A stretch of DNA of 64,000 bases from NCBI GenBank assembly GCA_965199715.1, contig OZ241322.1:224001-288000 (forward strand). The letters are read 5' to 3'. Below, in pieces: positions 42,115 to 53,401 of this stretch. A program made the translations under genes and the position numbers. The notes under the pieces were generated by a model. That model worked only from the letters and a program-made list of their open reading frames with translations. It was not told the origin of the DNA and did not search any database. The DNA comes from Vicinamibacteria bacterium (GTDB lineage Bacteria > Acidobacteriota > Vicinamibacteria > Marinacidobacterales > Marinacidobacteraceae). How positions within the stretch are numbered: the first letter of the stretch is position 1; each line of letters opens with the position of its first letter.

Positions 42115-43278
42115 ATGCGCGGAGACCCGGTTCCCGGAGACACCGAGACCCAGAGCCAGATCCGGGAAGCCGTCCGGGAGTTCGCCGCGGCGGAGATCCT
42201 TCCGTACGCCGCGGACTGGGACGAGGCGGAGCGTTTCCCCGAGGAGGCCGTCCGGGCGCTCGGGCCGCTCGGCTTCCTCGGGCCCATCTTCCCGGAGGAG
42301 CTCGGCGGCGCCGGCTTCGGCTACCCCGAATACGCGGTCCTGATCGAGGAGCTGGGGCGCGCCGACGCCTCGCTCGCGATCACGGTCGCGGCGCACGTGT
42401 CGCTCGCCGCGAACCACATCTACGAGCAGGGAACCGACGAGCAGAAGGACCGGCACCTGCGTCGGCTCGCGTCCGGCGAGGCGCTCGGCGCGTGGAGCCT
42501 GACCGAGCCGGAGGCCGGCAGCGACGCGTCGGGAACCCGCACGACCGCGGTGCGCGACGGCCGCGACTGGGTCCTGAACGGCAGCAAGACGTTCACGACC
42601 AACGGGTCGGTGGCGGACGTGGCGATCTGCATGGCCTCCACCGATCCGGAAGCCGGGGCCGGCGGGATTTCGGCCTTTATCGTGGAGCGCGGGATGCCCG
42701 GGTTCCGGGCGGGGCGCAAGGAGCGCAAGCTGGGGCATCGCGCGTCGGACACCTCGGAGATGGTCTTCGAGGACTGCCGGGTGCCCGCGGGGAACCTGCT
42801 CGGGGCCGAGGGCGACGGATTCCGCGCCGCGATGAAGGTGCTCGACGGGGGCCGCATCAGCATCGCCGCGCTCTCGCTCGGGATCGCCGGCGCGGCGCTC
42901 GACGCTTCCGCCGCCTACGCGGGACAGCGCAAGCAGTTCGGGCGCCCGATCGCCGAGTTCCAGGGGGTCCGGTTTCCGATCGCGGACTCGCACGTCGAGA
43001 TCGAGGCCTCGCGCCAGTTGATCCAGCACGCGGCCCGGCTCAAGGACGCGGGGCGCGAGACGACGCTGGAGTCGGCGACGGCGAAGCTGTTCGCGAGCGA
43101 GGCCGCGGTGCGGGTGACGAACCGGGCGGTGCAGACGCTCGGCGGGTACGGGTACGTCCGCGACTACCCGGTGGAGCGCTTTCTCAGGGACGCGCGGCTC
43201 ATGCCGATCGGCGAGGGCACGTCCGAAATCCAGCGGCTCATCATCGCCCGGCGGCTTCTGGGCCGGCTCAGCGGCTGA
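42115..43278 (+). CDS. acyl-CoA dehydrogenase
   Basis: [44 protein letters not shown]. Confidence 0.95.
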   Translation: MRGDPVPGDTETQSQIREAVREFAAAEILPYAADWDEAERFPEEAVRALGPLGFLGPIFPEELGGAGFGYPEYAVLIEELGRADASLAITVAAHVSLAANHIYEQGTDEQKDRHLRRLASGEALGAWSLTEPEAGSDASGTRTTAVRDGRDWVLNGSKTFTTNGSVADVAICMASTDPEAGAGGISAFIVERGMPGFRAGRKERKLGHRASDTSEMVFEDCRVPAGNLLGAEGDGFRAAMKVLDGGRISIAALSLGIAGAALDASAAYAGQRKQFGRPIAEFQGVRFPIADSHVEIEASRQLIQHAARLKDAGRETTLESATAKLFASEAAVRVTNRAVQTLGGYGYVRDYPVERFLRDARLMPIGEGTSEIQRLIIARRLLGRLSG

Positions 43279-44421
43279 TTGCGGCCCCCGGACGCGGCGC
43301 TGGCCGCGCTTCGCCGCGGCGACCGGCGGACGCTGGCGCGGCTGCTGACCCGCGTCGAGAGCGGGGATCCGGACGCGCGGGCGGCGGCGTTCGCCGAGCC
43401 GTGGCCGGAGGACTGTCGGGTCGTGGCCGCGACCGGACCGCCCGGAGTGGGCAAGAGCGCGCTTCTCGCCGCGGCGGCGGAGCGCTGGCTCGCCGACGGG
43501 GTGAAGACGGCGGTCCTCGCCGTGGATCCCACCAGTCCGGCGACCGGGGGCGCGGTGCTCGGCGACCGGACGCGCCTCGCGAGCGACGAAGGCGCCGTCT
43601 TCTGGAGGAGCATGGCGGCGCGGGACGCGGACGCCGGGCTCGCTCCCCAAGTCGAGCCGGCGTTGCGGCTGATGGCCGCCGCCGGATTTCGCCGGGTGCT
43701 GCTGGAGACGGCGGGAGTGGGGCAGGGGGACGTGCGCGCCGCCGGTCTCGCCGACCTGACGCTCGCGGTCACGGCCCCGGGCCTCGGGGATTCGGTGCAG
43801 GCGGCGAAGGCCGGGCTCTTCGAGATCGCGGAGCTCGTGGTCGTGAACCAGGGCGACCGCCCGGGCGCGGAAGCGCACGCCGCAAGCTGGCGCAGCATGC
43901 GCTCGGGGCCCGTGCTCGTCACGACGGCGACGACCGGGGCGGGGGTCCGGGAGCTGGTGGCCGAGGCGGAGCGGGCGCTTGCGGCAAGGCCCGGGAAACC
44001 CCGCGTCGGACGGCCGATCGCGCTCCGGCTCCACCACGTGGGGATCGCGACCCCGGATTCGAGCGAGGGGGCGGCGCTCTGGGAGTCGCTATTGGGTCTC
44101 GAGGAGCGCGAGTTCCACGAGGTGCCCGAATTTTCGGTCGTCGCCCGTTTCGTCGCGCCGGACGGCGGCGGCGCGCAACTGGAGCTGGTCGAGCCGACGG
44201 ACCCGGAGTCGCCGGTGCGCCGCTTCCTCGAGCGGCGCGGGGCCGGGCTCCATCACGTCTGCTTCGAGGTGGCGGACATCGAGCGGACGATGGCGGCGCT
44301 CAGGGAACGGGGGGCGCGGTTCCTCGACGAGCGCCCCCGTCCGGGAGCGGGCGGGCGTCTCGTGGCCTTCGTCCACCCGAAGAGCGCGGGCGGCGCGCTG
44401 CTGGAGCTCAGGCAGGCGTAG
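43279..44421 (+). CDS. MeaB/ArgK GTPase fused to a methylmalonyl-CoA epimerase (VOC) domain
   Basis: GPPGVGKS, AVDPTSPATGGAVLGDRTR, ETAGVGQ; then LHHVGIA, LELVEP, GLHHVCFEV, FVHPKSAGGALLEL. Confidence 0.85.
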   Translation: MRPPDAALAALRRGDRRTLARLLTRVESGDPDARAAAFAEPWPEDCRVVAATGPPGVGKSALLAAAAERWLADGVKTAVLAVDPTSPATGGAVLGDRTRLASDEGAVFWRSMAARDADAGLAPQVEPALRLMAAAGFRRVLLETAGVGQGDVRAAGLADLTLAVTAPGLGDSVQAAKAGLFEIAELVVVNQGDRPGAEAHAASWRSMRSGPVLVTTATTGAGVRELVAEAERALAARPGKPRVGRPIALRLHHVGIATPDSSEGAALWESLLGLEEREFHEVPEFSVVARFVAPDGGGAQLELVEPTDPESPVRRFLERRGAGLHHVCFEVADIERTMAALRERGARFLDERPRPGAGGRLVAFVHPKSAGGALLELRQA

Positions 44422-44429
44422 CGGCGGCC

Positions 44430-44505
44430 TGGTGGGCGATGCAGGACTTGAACCTGCGACTTCTACCGTGTGAAGGTAGCACTCTGGCCACTGAGTTAAT
44501 CGCCC
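44430..44505 (-). tRNA. tRNA-Val(CAC)
   Basis: GGGCGATTAACTCAGTGG...CTACC-TT CAC AC-GGTAG...GGTTCAAGTCC...TCGCCCACCA; 76 nt, CCA encoded. Confidence 0.95.
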
Positions 44506-44612
44506 CCGCGAGACCGACCGGAAACTAGCACAGGATGCTGAATTCCGCGCGCTCATCCCGGCGTTCGCCTGCCTCCGATCTTCGCCCGCGGCGAGATGCC
44601 GCGCCGCGCCGG

Positions 44613-46028
<1,416 letters not shown>

Positions 46029-46039
46029 GCCGCCCCCGA

Positions 46040-46723
46040 TCAGGTCGCCGGCGTCGCCAGCACCGTGAGGATGATCTTCAGGCCCGCCATGAACGAGCCG
46101 CCGAAGGTGCCCGAGATCTTGGACCGACCCACGCGCCGCCGCGAGGTCACCGGCACCTCCACCACGGGAAGGCCGGCGAGCGCGGCGCGGATCTGCATTT
46201 CGGCGGTCCAGCCGAAATCCGGGTCGCGCATTCCGAGCGCCTCGAAGGCCCGCCAGCGGATGGCGCGGAAGGGACCGAGGTCGGTGAACCGGTAGCCGGC
46301 GCGCAGCCGGATGAGGAACGTGGCCAGCCGGTTGCCGAGCCGCGCGTGCGCCGGGTGCGCCCGCTCGTCCATGTCGCCCCGGCTGCGGGAGCCGATGACC
46401 AGGTCCGCTTCGCCCGAGCGCAGCGGGGCGAGCACCGCCGGAAGCTCCTCGGGGGCGTCGCTCGCGTCGGCGTCGAGGAAGAGCAGCGCGTCGGGCGGAT
46501 CGGGCCGAAGCGCCGCCACGCCGGCGAGGCAGGCGCGGCCGTAGCCGGGCCGCGGCTCGCTGACCACGATGGCCCCGAGCCGGCGCGCCACGTCGGCGGT
46601 GCCGTCGGCGGAGCCGTTATCGACGACGACGATCCGGTCCAGAAACTCGCGGGGCAGGGCGGTGAGCACGTGGGCCACGCCGATCTCCTCGTTCCGGGCC
46701 GGGATCACGAGGGCCGTCCGCAT
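46040..46723 (-). CDS. glycosyltransferase family 2 (DPM1-like)
   Basis: VIPARNEE, VVDNGSADGT, FLDADASD, DLVIGSR, TDLGPFRAI. Confidence 0.9.
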   Translation of the reverse strand: MRTALVIPARNEEIGVAHVLTALPREFLDRIVVVDNGSADGTADVARRLGAIVVSEPRPGYGRACLAGVAALRPDPPDALLFLDADASDAPEELPAVLAPLRSGEADLVIGSRSRGDMDERAHPAHARLGNRLATFLIRLRAGYRFTDLGPFRAIRWRAFEALGMRDPDFGWTAEMQIRAALAGLPVVEVPVTSRRRVGRSKISGTFGGSFMAGLKIILTVLATPAT

Positions 46724-46774
46724 CGACGGCAGGGAGTATAGGGAGGCCCGCCCCCGTTCCCTTAGGATTCGTGC

Positions 46775-48373
46775 GTGCGATGGCTGCCCGGCGCGCTCCT
46801 GATCGCCGGATTCGCGTGCGCGGCCCCGCCGGCCGAGGAGCCCGCGACGCTCGTGAAGGGCGGGCGGGTGCTCGACGGGAGCGGCAACCCCTGGTTTCGG
46901 GCTGACGTCCTCACGGTCGGCGACCGGATCGTCCGGGTCGGGATCGTGCCTGAGGACGAGGTTCCCGCGGGGGCCGAGATCGTGGACGCGACCGGGCTGA
47001 CCGTCATGCCGGGGTTCATCGACCCGCACTCGCACGCCGTCGGCGGACTCCTGACCGAGGAGCTGAGGGGCGCCGAGCCGATCCTGCGGCAGGGGATCAC
47101 CACGGTGATGGTGAACCCGGACGGCGGCGGCGATCCCGACCTCCACGGGCTGCGGGCGGCGCTCGAGGCCGGCGGAACCGGAGTCCACGTCGCGCTCATG
47201 ATCGGCCACGGGTCGGTCCGGCGCGAGGTCATGGGGATGGAGGCGCGTCCTCCGGACGAGTCCGAGATGGAGCGCATGGCGGAGCTCGTCCGGGCCGGCA
47301 TGGACGCGGGCGCCTTCGGGATGTCGGCCGGGCTCTACTACGCGCCGGGGAGCTACGCCGAGAACGACGAGGTGGTCCGGCTGGCCGCCGAAATCGCGCC
47401 GTTCGGGGCGTTCTCGAGCCATGTCCGGGACGAGAGCGACTACAACGTCGGCCTCGTCGCGGCGGTGGAGGAGGTCATCGAGGTCGCCGAGATCAACGGG
47501 ATCCGCGGCGTGGTGACCCACTTCAAGGCGCTCGGGCCCACCGTGTGGGGCCAGAGCGAGGCCGCGATCGCGCGGATCGAGGAGGCCCGGGCGCGGGGCG
47601 TCGAGGCGTTCGCCGACCAGTACCCCTACGAGGCGTCGGGGACGAGCGTCACCGGGGCGCTCGTCCCGCGCTGGGCGCAGGCGGGCGAGACCATGCCCGG
47701 CATGCCCTCGCCGCTCGAACGGCGGCTGCGGGGGCCCGAGCGACAGCGGCTGCGCGCCGACATGCTGGTTGCGCTGGAGCGCCGGGGCGGGGCCGACACG
47801 CTGCTCCTCTCCCAGCACCGGGCGGATCCGGCGCTCGAGGGCCGATACCTCGACGACCTCGCCGGGGAATGGGGGATCGAGCCCATCGACGCGGCGCTGC
47901 GCCTCCTCGAAAACGGCGGCGCCGGCCTCGTCTCGTTCAACATGTCGGAGGACGACATCGCCCGCATCATGCGCCGGGAGTGGACCATGGGCTCGTCGGA
48001 CGGCGGCCTCGTCCCCATGGGCGAGGGCCATCCCCACCCACGCTTCTACGGCGCCTTCCCCCGGCGGATCGCCCGATACGTCCGCGACCGGAACGTCCAG
48101 AGCCTCGCCGCGGCGGTCCGGGGGATGACGAGCCTTCCCGCGACGGTGTTCCGGATGCGCGACCGGGGTCTCGTGGCGCCGGGGAAGATCGCGGACCTGA
48201 TCGTCGTGGACGCGGAACGGTTCGCCGATCGCGCGACCTACGAGGACCCCCACCGGCTCGCCGAGGGCGTGGAGTACGCGCTCGTCGGCGGCGCGTTCGC
48301 CATCCGGGACGGGGAGATGACCGGGGCGCTGGCCGGCGAGGTTCTTCGGCCCCACTGGAACGAAAGCCCATGA
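46775..48373 (+). CDS. N-acyl-D-amino acid deacylase family, lipoprotein
   Basis: GFAC lipobox; PGFIDPHSH, SHVRDE, THFK, SSDGG, HPRFYGAFPR. Confidence 0.9.
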   Translation: MRWLPGALLIAGFACAAPPAEEPATLVKGGRVLDGSGNPWFRADVLTVGDRIVRVGIVPEDEVPAGAEIVDATGLTVMPGFIDPHSHAVGGLLTEELRGAEPILRQGITTVMVNPDGGGDPDLHGLRAALEAGGTGVHVALMIGHGSVRREVMGMEARPPDESEMERMAELVRAGMDAGAFGMSAGLYYAPGSYAENDEVVRLAAEIAPFGAFSSHVRDESDYNVGLVAAVEEVIEVAEINGIRGVVTHFKALGPTVWGQSEAAIARIEEARARGVEAFADQYPYEASGTSVTGALVPRWAQAGETMPGMPSPLERRLRGPERQRLRADMLVALERRGGADTLLLSQHRADPALEGRYLDDLAGEWGIEPIDAALRLLENGGAGLVSFNMSEDDIARIMRREWTMGSSDGGLVPMGEGHPHPRFYGAFPRRIARYVRDRNVQSLAAAVRGMTSLPATVFRMRDRGLVAPGKIADLIVVDAERFADRATYEDPHRLAEGVEYALVGGAFAIRDGEMTGALAGEVLRPHWNESP

Positions 48374-49752
48374 CCGCATCCCCGCAGATCGCCCCCTCCA
48401 TCCTCGAGACCGTCGGCGACACGCCGATCGTCGCGCTGCGGCGCATCGGGGCCGGACTGCCCGGCCGGCTCGTGGCCAAGATGGAGTCCTTCAACCCGGG
48501 CGGCTCGGTGAAGGACCGCATCGCGATCACGATCATCGAGGATCTGGAGCGATCGGGGACGTTGCAGCCGGGCGGCGTCATCGTGGAGGGGACGTCCGGG
48601 AACACCGGGATGGGCCTCGCGCTCGTCGCGGCCGTCAAGGGGTACCGGGCGATCCTCGTGATGCCCGACAAGATGAGCGACGAGAAGATCCGGGCGCTGC
48701 GGGCCATGGGGGCCGAGGTCGTCATCACCCCGACGGCGGTGGAGCCCGAGGACCCGCGCAGCTACTACAGCGTCGCCCGCCGCCTCGTGCAGGAGACCGA
48801 CGGGGCGGTCCACGCGAACCAGTACCACAACCCGGTGAACCCCGAGACGCACTACCGGAGCACCGGGCCGGAGCTGTGGGGCCAGCTCGGCGAGAGCCTC
48901 CACACCTTCGTCTGCGGCCTCGGAACCGGGGGGACGATCTCGGGCGTCGGGCGCTTCCTGAAGGAGCGCAACCCGGCGGTGCGGATCGTCGGCGCGGATC
49001 CCATCGGCTCGCTCTACGACGAGTACTTCCGCACCGGCAAGCTGGGCGAGGCCCGCACGTACAAGGTCGAGGGGATCGGCGAGGACTTCATCCCGTCCAC
49101 CATCGACTTCGGCGTGGTGGACGAGGTGATCCAGGTCTCCGACCGCGAGTCCTTCCACATGGCCCGGCGGATGGCGCGGGAGGAGGGGCTCTTCGTCGGC
49201 GGCTCCGCCGGGTCGGCCATGGTGGCGGCGGCGCGGGCGGCCGAACGGGTTCCCGAAGGGGCGCTCGTGGCGGTGCTCATCCCCGACTCGGGCAACCGCT
49301 ACCTGTCCAAGGTGTTCAGCGACGACTGGATGCGACAGAACGGCTTCCTCGGCCACGCCTTCGGGACGGGGTCGGTCGCCGACGTGCTCGCCGCGAAGGG
49401 CGGCGCGGAGATCGTGAGCGTTCCCCGGGGCGCCGGGCTGCGCGAGGTCGTGGAGCTCATGCGCCGGCACGACGTGTCCCAGCTTCCGGTCACCGACGGG
49501 GACGCCTTCGTCGGGGTGGTCAGCGAGGCGAGCCTGCTCGGCGGGCTGCTCCAGGGCGGGCAGGGGGAGGACTCGATCGCCGGGTTCGTGCGCGAGGACG
49601 CGATCGAGACGGTGGACGCCGCGCTGCCGATCGACGACCTGGCGAACGTGCTCGCCGCGGGGCGGATCGGCGTGGTGACCGACGGGAGCCGGGCGCTCGG
49701 CCTGCTGACCTCGATCGACCTGCTGGACTACCTCTCGCGCGACGCCGCCTGA
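48370..49752 (+). CDS. cystathionine beta-synthase with C-terminal CBS pair
   Basis: NPGGSVKDR, TSGNTG, GTGGTISG, YKVEGIGEDF, YLSKVFSDDWM, CBS domains. Confidence 0.92.
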   Translation: MTASPQIAPSILETVGDTPIVALRRIGAGLPGRLVAKMESFNPGGSVKDRIAITIIEDLERSGTLQPGGVIVEGTSGNTGMGLALVAAVKGYRAILVMPDKMSDEKIRALRAMGAEVVITPTAVEPEDPRSYYSVARRLVQETDGAVHANQYHNPVNPETHYRSTGPELWGQLGESLHTFVCGLGTGGTISGVGRFLKERNPAVRIVGADPIGSLYDEYFRTGKLGEARTYKVEGIGEDFIPSTIDFGVVDEVIQVSDRESFHMARRMAREEGLFVGGSAGSAMVAAARAAERVPEGALVAVLIPDSGNRYLSKVFSDDWMRQNGFLGHAFGTGSVADVLAAKGGAEIVSVPRGAGLREVVELMRRHDVSQLPVTDGDAFVGVVSEASLLGGLLQGGQGEDSIAGFVREDAIETVDAALPIDDLANVLAAGRIGVVTDGSRALGLLTSIDLLDYLSRDAA

Positions 49753-49753
49753 G

Positions 49754-51352
49754 TCACATCCGCCGCCAGCGCGGGCCGCTCCCGCCGGCGCGCGGCGTCC
49801 AGCGCGGGCCGAGCACGTCGGCGGCGCGGCAGTCCACGCAGTTGGACGGGTGGACCTCCAGCTTCCCGTTGCGGACGTCATAGACCCCGGCGGGGCACAT
49901 CTCGCGCCAGAGGCCGGCGACGGCCTCGGGAACGTTGTCCGGGACGACGAGGTGCCGCGGGGCGTCTTCGGGCGAGTTGTTGCCGCTTCGGAACACCCCG
50001 TCCATCTTGGAGAGGCCCGCCGGCTCGGCCGCCGCGGCGGGCGGTTCCCTCAAGACGGCGGCGTCGCGCGGCATGGTCAGCGAGCCTGGGGGCAGGCGGC
50101 CGCCGGTCAGGGTCGCGAGCGCGGAGACGGCGACCCCCGGAAGGAATCCCCGGGCGAACGCCGGACGCATGTTCCGGGTGCGGTCCAGATCGCTCTGGAT
50201 GGGGCTGTCCCGGACCATCGCGTCGTACATCGACAGCGGCACGTCCGCGGTCAGGAACGAACGGATCGCGTCGGCGGCGAGGATCCCCGAGAGCATCGCG
50301 TAGTGGACGCCCTTGAGCGAGGGGACGTCCACGAAGCCCGCAGCGTCGCCGACGAACAGGACCCCCGGCCCCGAAAGGCGCTCGGGGACGGCGGCGGGGC
50401 CGCCCTCGGGGATGATCTTCGCGCCCCACTCGAGGCATTCGCCGCCTTCGAGATGCGGCCGTACGAACGGATGCTCCTTGAGCCGCTGCAGGAGGCGATG
50501 CGCGTTCAGGGCTTCCGCCGGGGCGTCCAGCCCGACGACGAGGCCGATGGCGGACAGGTCCTCCCCCATGGGGTAGAGGAAGCTGCCCCCGAAGGCCGAG
50601 CGCGGCAGCGGGAACCCCGCCGCATGCGTCACGGTCGGCACCGGGTTCGGCGAACGCCACAGCTCCTTCACCCCGAGCGAGAACGCCTCGGCCCCGGTGG
50701 AACTCACCCCGTTCCGCTCCCGCGCCGCCTGGCCGAGGGGCCCCCGGGCGCCCTCCGCGAGCACCACCACGCGGGCGGCGATCTCGGCGGGCGGCTCCCA
50801 CGCCGGGCCCGGGGTTCCGTCGCGCCTCAGCCCGGCGGGGACGGTGCGCAGCCCGGCGACGCGCTCCCCTTCCATGAAGAGCTGGCCGACGGCGAACCCG
50901 GGGAAGAGCTCGACCCCCAGCTCCCCGGCCTTGCCGGCGAGCCAGCGGACCATTTCGCCGAGCGAACCGACGCGCGCGCCGTGGTTCTTCATCGTGGGCG
51001 GCGGCGGCAACGGGATCGCGCGGCGGCGGGTGAGGAAGCGGAACCGCTCGCTTCGGACCTCGCCCCGGAACGGCAGCTCCTCGTCGGGAACGTCGGGGAA
51101 GAGCTGGCGGAACCCCACCGGGTTCACGACCGCCCCGGACAGCGAATGGCCCCCGAACTCGGCGGCCTTCTCGAACACGCCGATCGAGACTCCGTCGGCG
51201 ATCTGGGCCAGACGGATCGCCGCCGAGAGCCCGGCGGGGCCGCCGCCCACGATCGCGACGTCCAGGGGGATCGCGTCCGGTCCCGGCGGTCCTTCCGCCA
51301 GCAGGCGCTCCCGGGGCAGGGGCGGCTGGAAGCGGTCGAGGCGGACGCTCAT
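49754..51352 (-). CDS. electron transfer flavoprotein-quinone oxidoreductase
   Basis: ATG 51352; IVGGGPAG, HSLSGAV, LGVKELW, GAKIIPEGG, KGVHYAMLSG, CPAGVY...NCVDC. Confidence 0.9.
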   Translation of the reverse strand: MSVRLDRFQPPLPRERLLAEGPPGPDAIPLDVAIVGGGPAGLSAAIRLAQIADGVSIGVFEKAAEFGGHSLSGAVVNPVGFRQLFPDVPDEELPFRGEVRSERFRFLTRRRAIPLPPPPTMKNHGARVGSLGEMVRWLAGKAGELGVELFPGFAVGQLFMEGERVAGLRTVPAGLRRDGTPGPAWEPPAEIAARVVVLAEGARGPLGQAARERNGVSSTGAEAFSLGVKELWRSPNPVPTVTHAAGFPLPRSAFGGSFLYPMGEDLSAIGLVVGLDAPAEALNAHRLLQRLKEHPFVRPHLEGGECLEWGAKIIPEGGPAAVPERLSGPGVLFVGDAAGFVDVPSLKGVHYAMLSGILAADAIRSFLTADVPLSMYDAMVRDSPIQSDLDRTRNMRPAFARGFLPGVAVSALATLTGGRLPPGSLTMPRDAAVLREPPAAAAEPAGLSKMDGVFRSGNNSPEDAPRHLVVPDNVPEAVAGLWREMCPAGVYDVRNGKLEVHPSNCVDCRAADVLGPRWTPRAGGSGPRWRRM

Positions 51353-53361
51353 CCGCCGAAGCGGGCCGGATCCCATTCGAGGCCCAGTTCGGCCGGCGGG
51401 CCGATGTACCCGAGCAGCGCCGAGGCCGCGACGACCGCGGGGCTCGCGAGCCAGCCCTCGCCGCCCCGGCCCATGCGGTCCTTCCAGTTGCGGTTGAAGG
51501 ACGTGATCGCCCGCATCCCCGGCTGGAGCGCGTCCTCGCCCTGGCCGAAGCAGGGGCCGCACCACGAGGCGCGAATGGTGCCGCCCACCGACCGGAACGC
51601 CGACGCGATGGACTCGCCGTCGAGCCGGGCGTCGGGGGACTCGATGCGGCGCCGGACGCCTCCCGAGCCGGGAAAGACGACGAACTTCCCGATCGCCTCG
51701 TCGCGCCCCAGGTCGCGGGCGGCCCGGACGACCTGCGCCGCGACCAGCAGGTCGTCGTAGCTGCCGTTGGTGCACGAGCCGATGTACGCGCAGTCGAACG
51801 GGATGCGTTCGGCGGCGACCTCTTCCGCCGGCGCGGCGTTGCCGGGCGCCCACGGGCGGGCGACCAACGGGCGGACGTTCTCCAGCGAGAATTCCTCCTC
51901 GACCGCGAACCGGGCGCCGGAGCCGGCGGCGGGCGGAGTCCAGGGGAACTCGGAGACGCCGTGCTCGGCGTACCACGCGCGGGTCCGTTCGTCGAAAGGG
52001 AAGATCCCGCTGAGCGCCTCGGCCTCGGCCATCATGTTGCAGATCGTGTTGCGCCAGGTCACCGGGAGGACGCCGCCCGGGTCGGCGAACTCCACCGACA
52101 TCCCCCGCGCGCCGCCGTTCCACCCGGCGATGAGCCGCAGGACCACGTCCTTGCCTGACGACCAGGGCGGGGGAGCACCGGTGAGCACCACGCGCCGGCC
52201 CGGCCCCGGCGTGAGCAGCACGCTCCCGGTGGCCCAGCCGAACCCGAGCGCGGTGGAGCCGATCCCGACCCCGAACGCCCCGTAGGCGCCGTACGCCCGG
52301 CTGTGGCTGTCGGCGCCGGCGATGACCGCGCCCGGCATGACGAGCCCCTGCTCGGGAAAGTAGAAGTGGAAGATGCCGTCGCCCGGGTTCGCGAACCACG
52401 GGTGCTCGAGCCCTTCGGCGCGGGCGAAGTCCTCGCTGATGGCGGTCTGCCGCTTGTCCGCCTTCCGCCCGGTGAACACGAAGTGGTCCGCCGCGATCGC
52501 CGCCCGCCGGGGGTGGATCGCGCCCCCGGTGATCTCCCGGAAGGCGTGGATCGCGAAGGGGGCGGTGCCGTCCGACGCCGGGAGCAGGTCGGCGTGGACG
52601 AGGACCGTCTCGCCGGGGCGGATCGAGGCCTTCGGGTCCACCCGGTGCGCCGCGAGGATCTGCTCGGTCACGCTCATCCGCCGGGCGAGCGGCGGGGCCG
52701 GCCACGCGACCTCGGCGCTCCGGTCCAGCGACGCGAGGAACTCGCGGCGGCCGACCCGAAAGACGCCGCCGTCGCGCCGCAGGGCCTCCTCCCGCTCGGT
52801 GAGCGGCTTCGGCCAGTAGTCGCGCCCGAGCGTCTCGTTGGTCAGCCCCCGCGTCCTCGGGTCGAAGCGGAAGCGATGGCCGTCCTCGGCGTCGGCGACC
52901 GCTTCGGGGCATTCCAGCACGTCCAGCCCGAGGTTCACGGCGTTGCGCGCGAAGATGGCTCCCGGATCCCTCCCGACCACCACGACGAGCGTCGTGCCTG
53001 CGTCCCGCGCGATCCCGAGCAGCCCGGCCGGGCTCATCTCGCGCGACGAGCCGACGCCGAAGCGGTCTCCGGCGATCAGGAAGTTCTGGCCATTCGCCAC
53101 CCGATCGGCGAAATCGGGCATGAGGTGGCGGAACGCTCCCTCCTTCCAGCGCCGGTCGAGGTCGTCGAGACTCTCGGAGACGCACCACGCGGACGGCGTG
53201 ATCTGGTCGGTGTCGATCGCGTCCTGCTTGCGCTCGGGGTCGGCGGGGTCCCAGAAGATGAGCGCCTCGCCCCGGACCGGATCCGATCGCCCGTGCGCCG
53301 GACGTCCCGGCGGCGGAGGCAGGGGAACGTCCGCCTTGCGCCGGACCGGAGGGATGGGCAA
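51349..53361 (-). CDS. aconitase-family hydro-lyase, swivel (LeuD-like) domain fused N-terminal to the large (LeuC-like) domain
   Basis: IDTDQITP, FGVGSSRE, then DHFVF, GADSHS, GSCTNG, CGPCFG, FNRNW; start TTG 53361 behind TATACT. Confidence 0.85.
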   Translation of the reverse strand: MPIPPVRRKADVPLPPPPGRPAHGRSDPVRGEALIFWDPADPERKQDAIDTDQITPSAWCVSESLDDLDRRWKEGAFRHLMPDFADRVANGQNFLIAGDRFGVGSSREMSPAGLLGIARDAGTTLVVVVGRDPGAIFARNAVNLGLDVLECPEAVADAEDGHRFRFDPRTRGLTNETLGRDYWPKPLTEREEALRRDGGVFRVGRREFLASLDRSAEVAWPAPPLARRMSVTEQILAAHRVDPKASIRPGETVLVHADLLPASDGTAPFAIHAFREITGGAIHPRRAAIAADHFVFTGRKADKRQTAISEDFARAEGLEHPWFANPGDGIFHFYFPEQGLVMPGAVIAGADSHSRAYGAYGAFGVGIGSTALGFGWATGSVLLTPGPGRRVVLTGAPPPWSSGKDVVLRLIAGWNGGARGMSVEFADPGGVLPVTWRNTICNMMAEAEALSGIFPFDERTRAWYAEHGVSEFPWTPPAAGSGARFAVEEEFSLENVRPLVARPWAPGNAAPAEEVAAERIPFDCAYIGSCTNGSYDDLLVAAQVVRAARDLGRDEAIGKFVVFPGSGGVRRRIESPDARLDGESIASAFRSVGGTIRASWCGPCFGQGEDALQPGMRAITSFNRNWKDRMGRGGEGWLASPAVVAASALLGYIGPPAELGLEWDPARFGG

Positions 53362-53401
53362 CCGCCCGAGTATAAGGATCGGCCCCCATAGAATTCCGAC
53401 C

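Noticed and set aside
44430-44612. tRNA-Val as an integration site
   Set aside because: No integrase, no duplicated tRNA 3' end seen, and housekeeping genes flank it; the same holds for tRNA-Arg at 59868.
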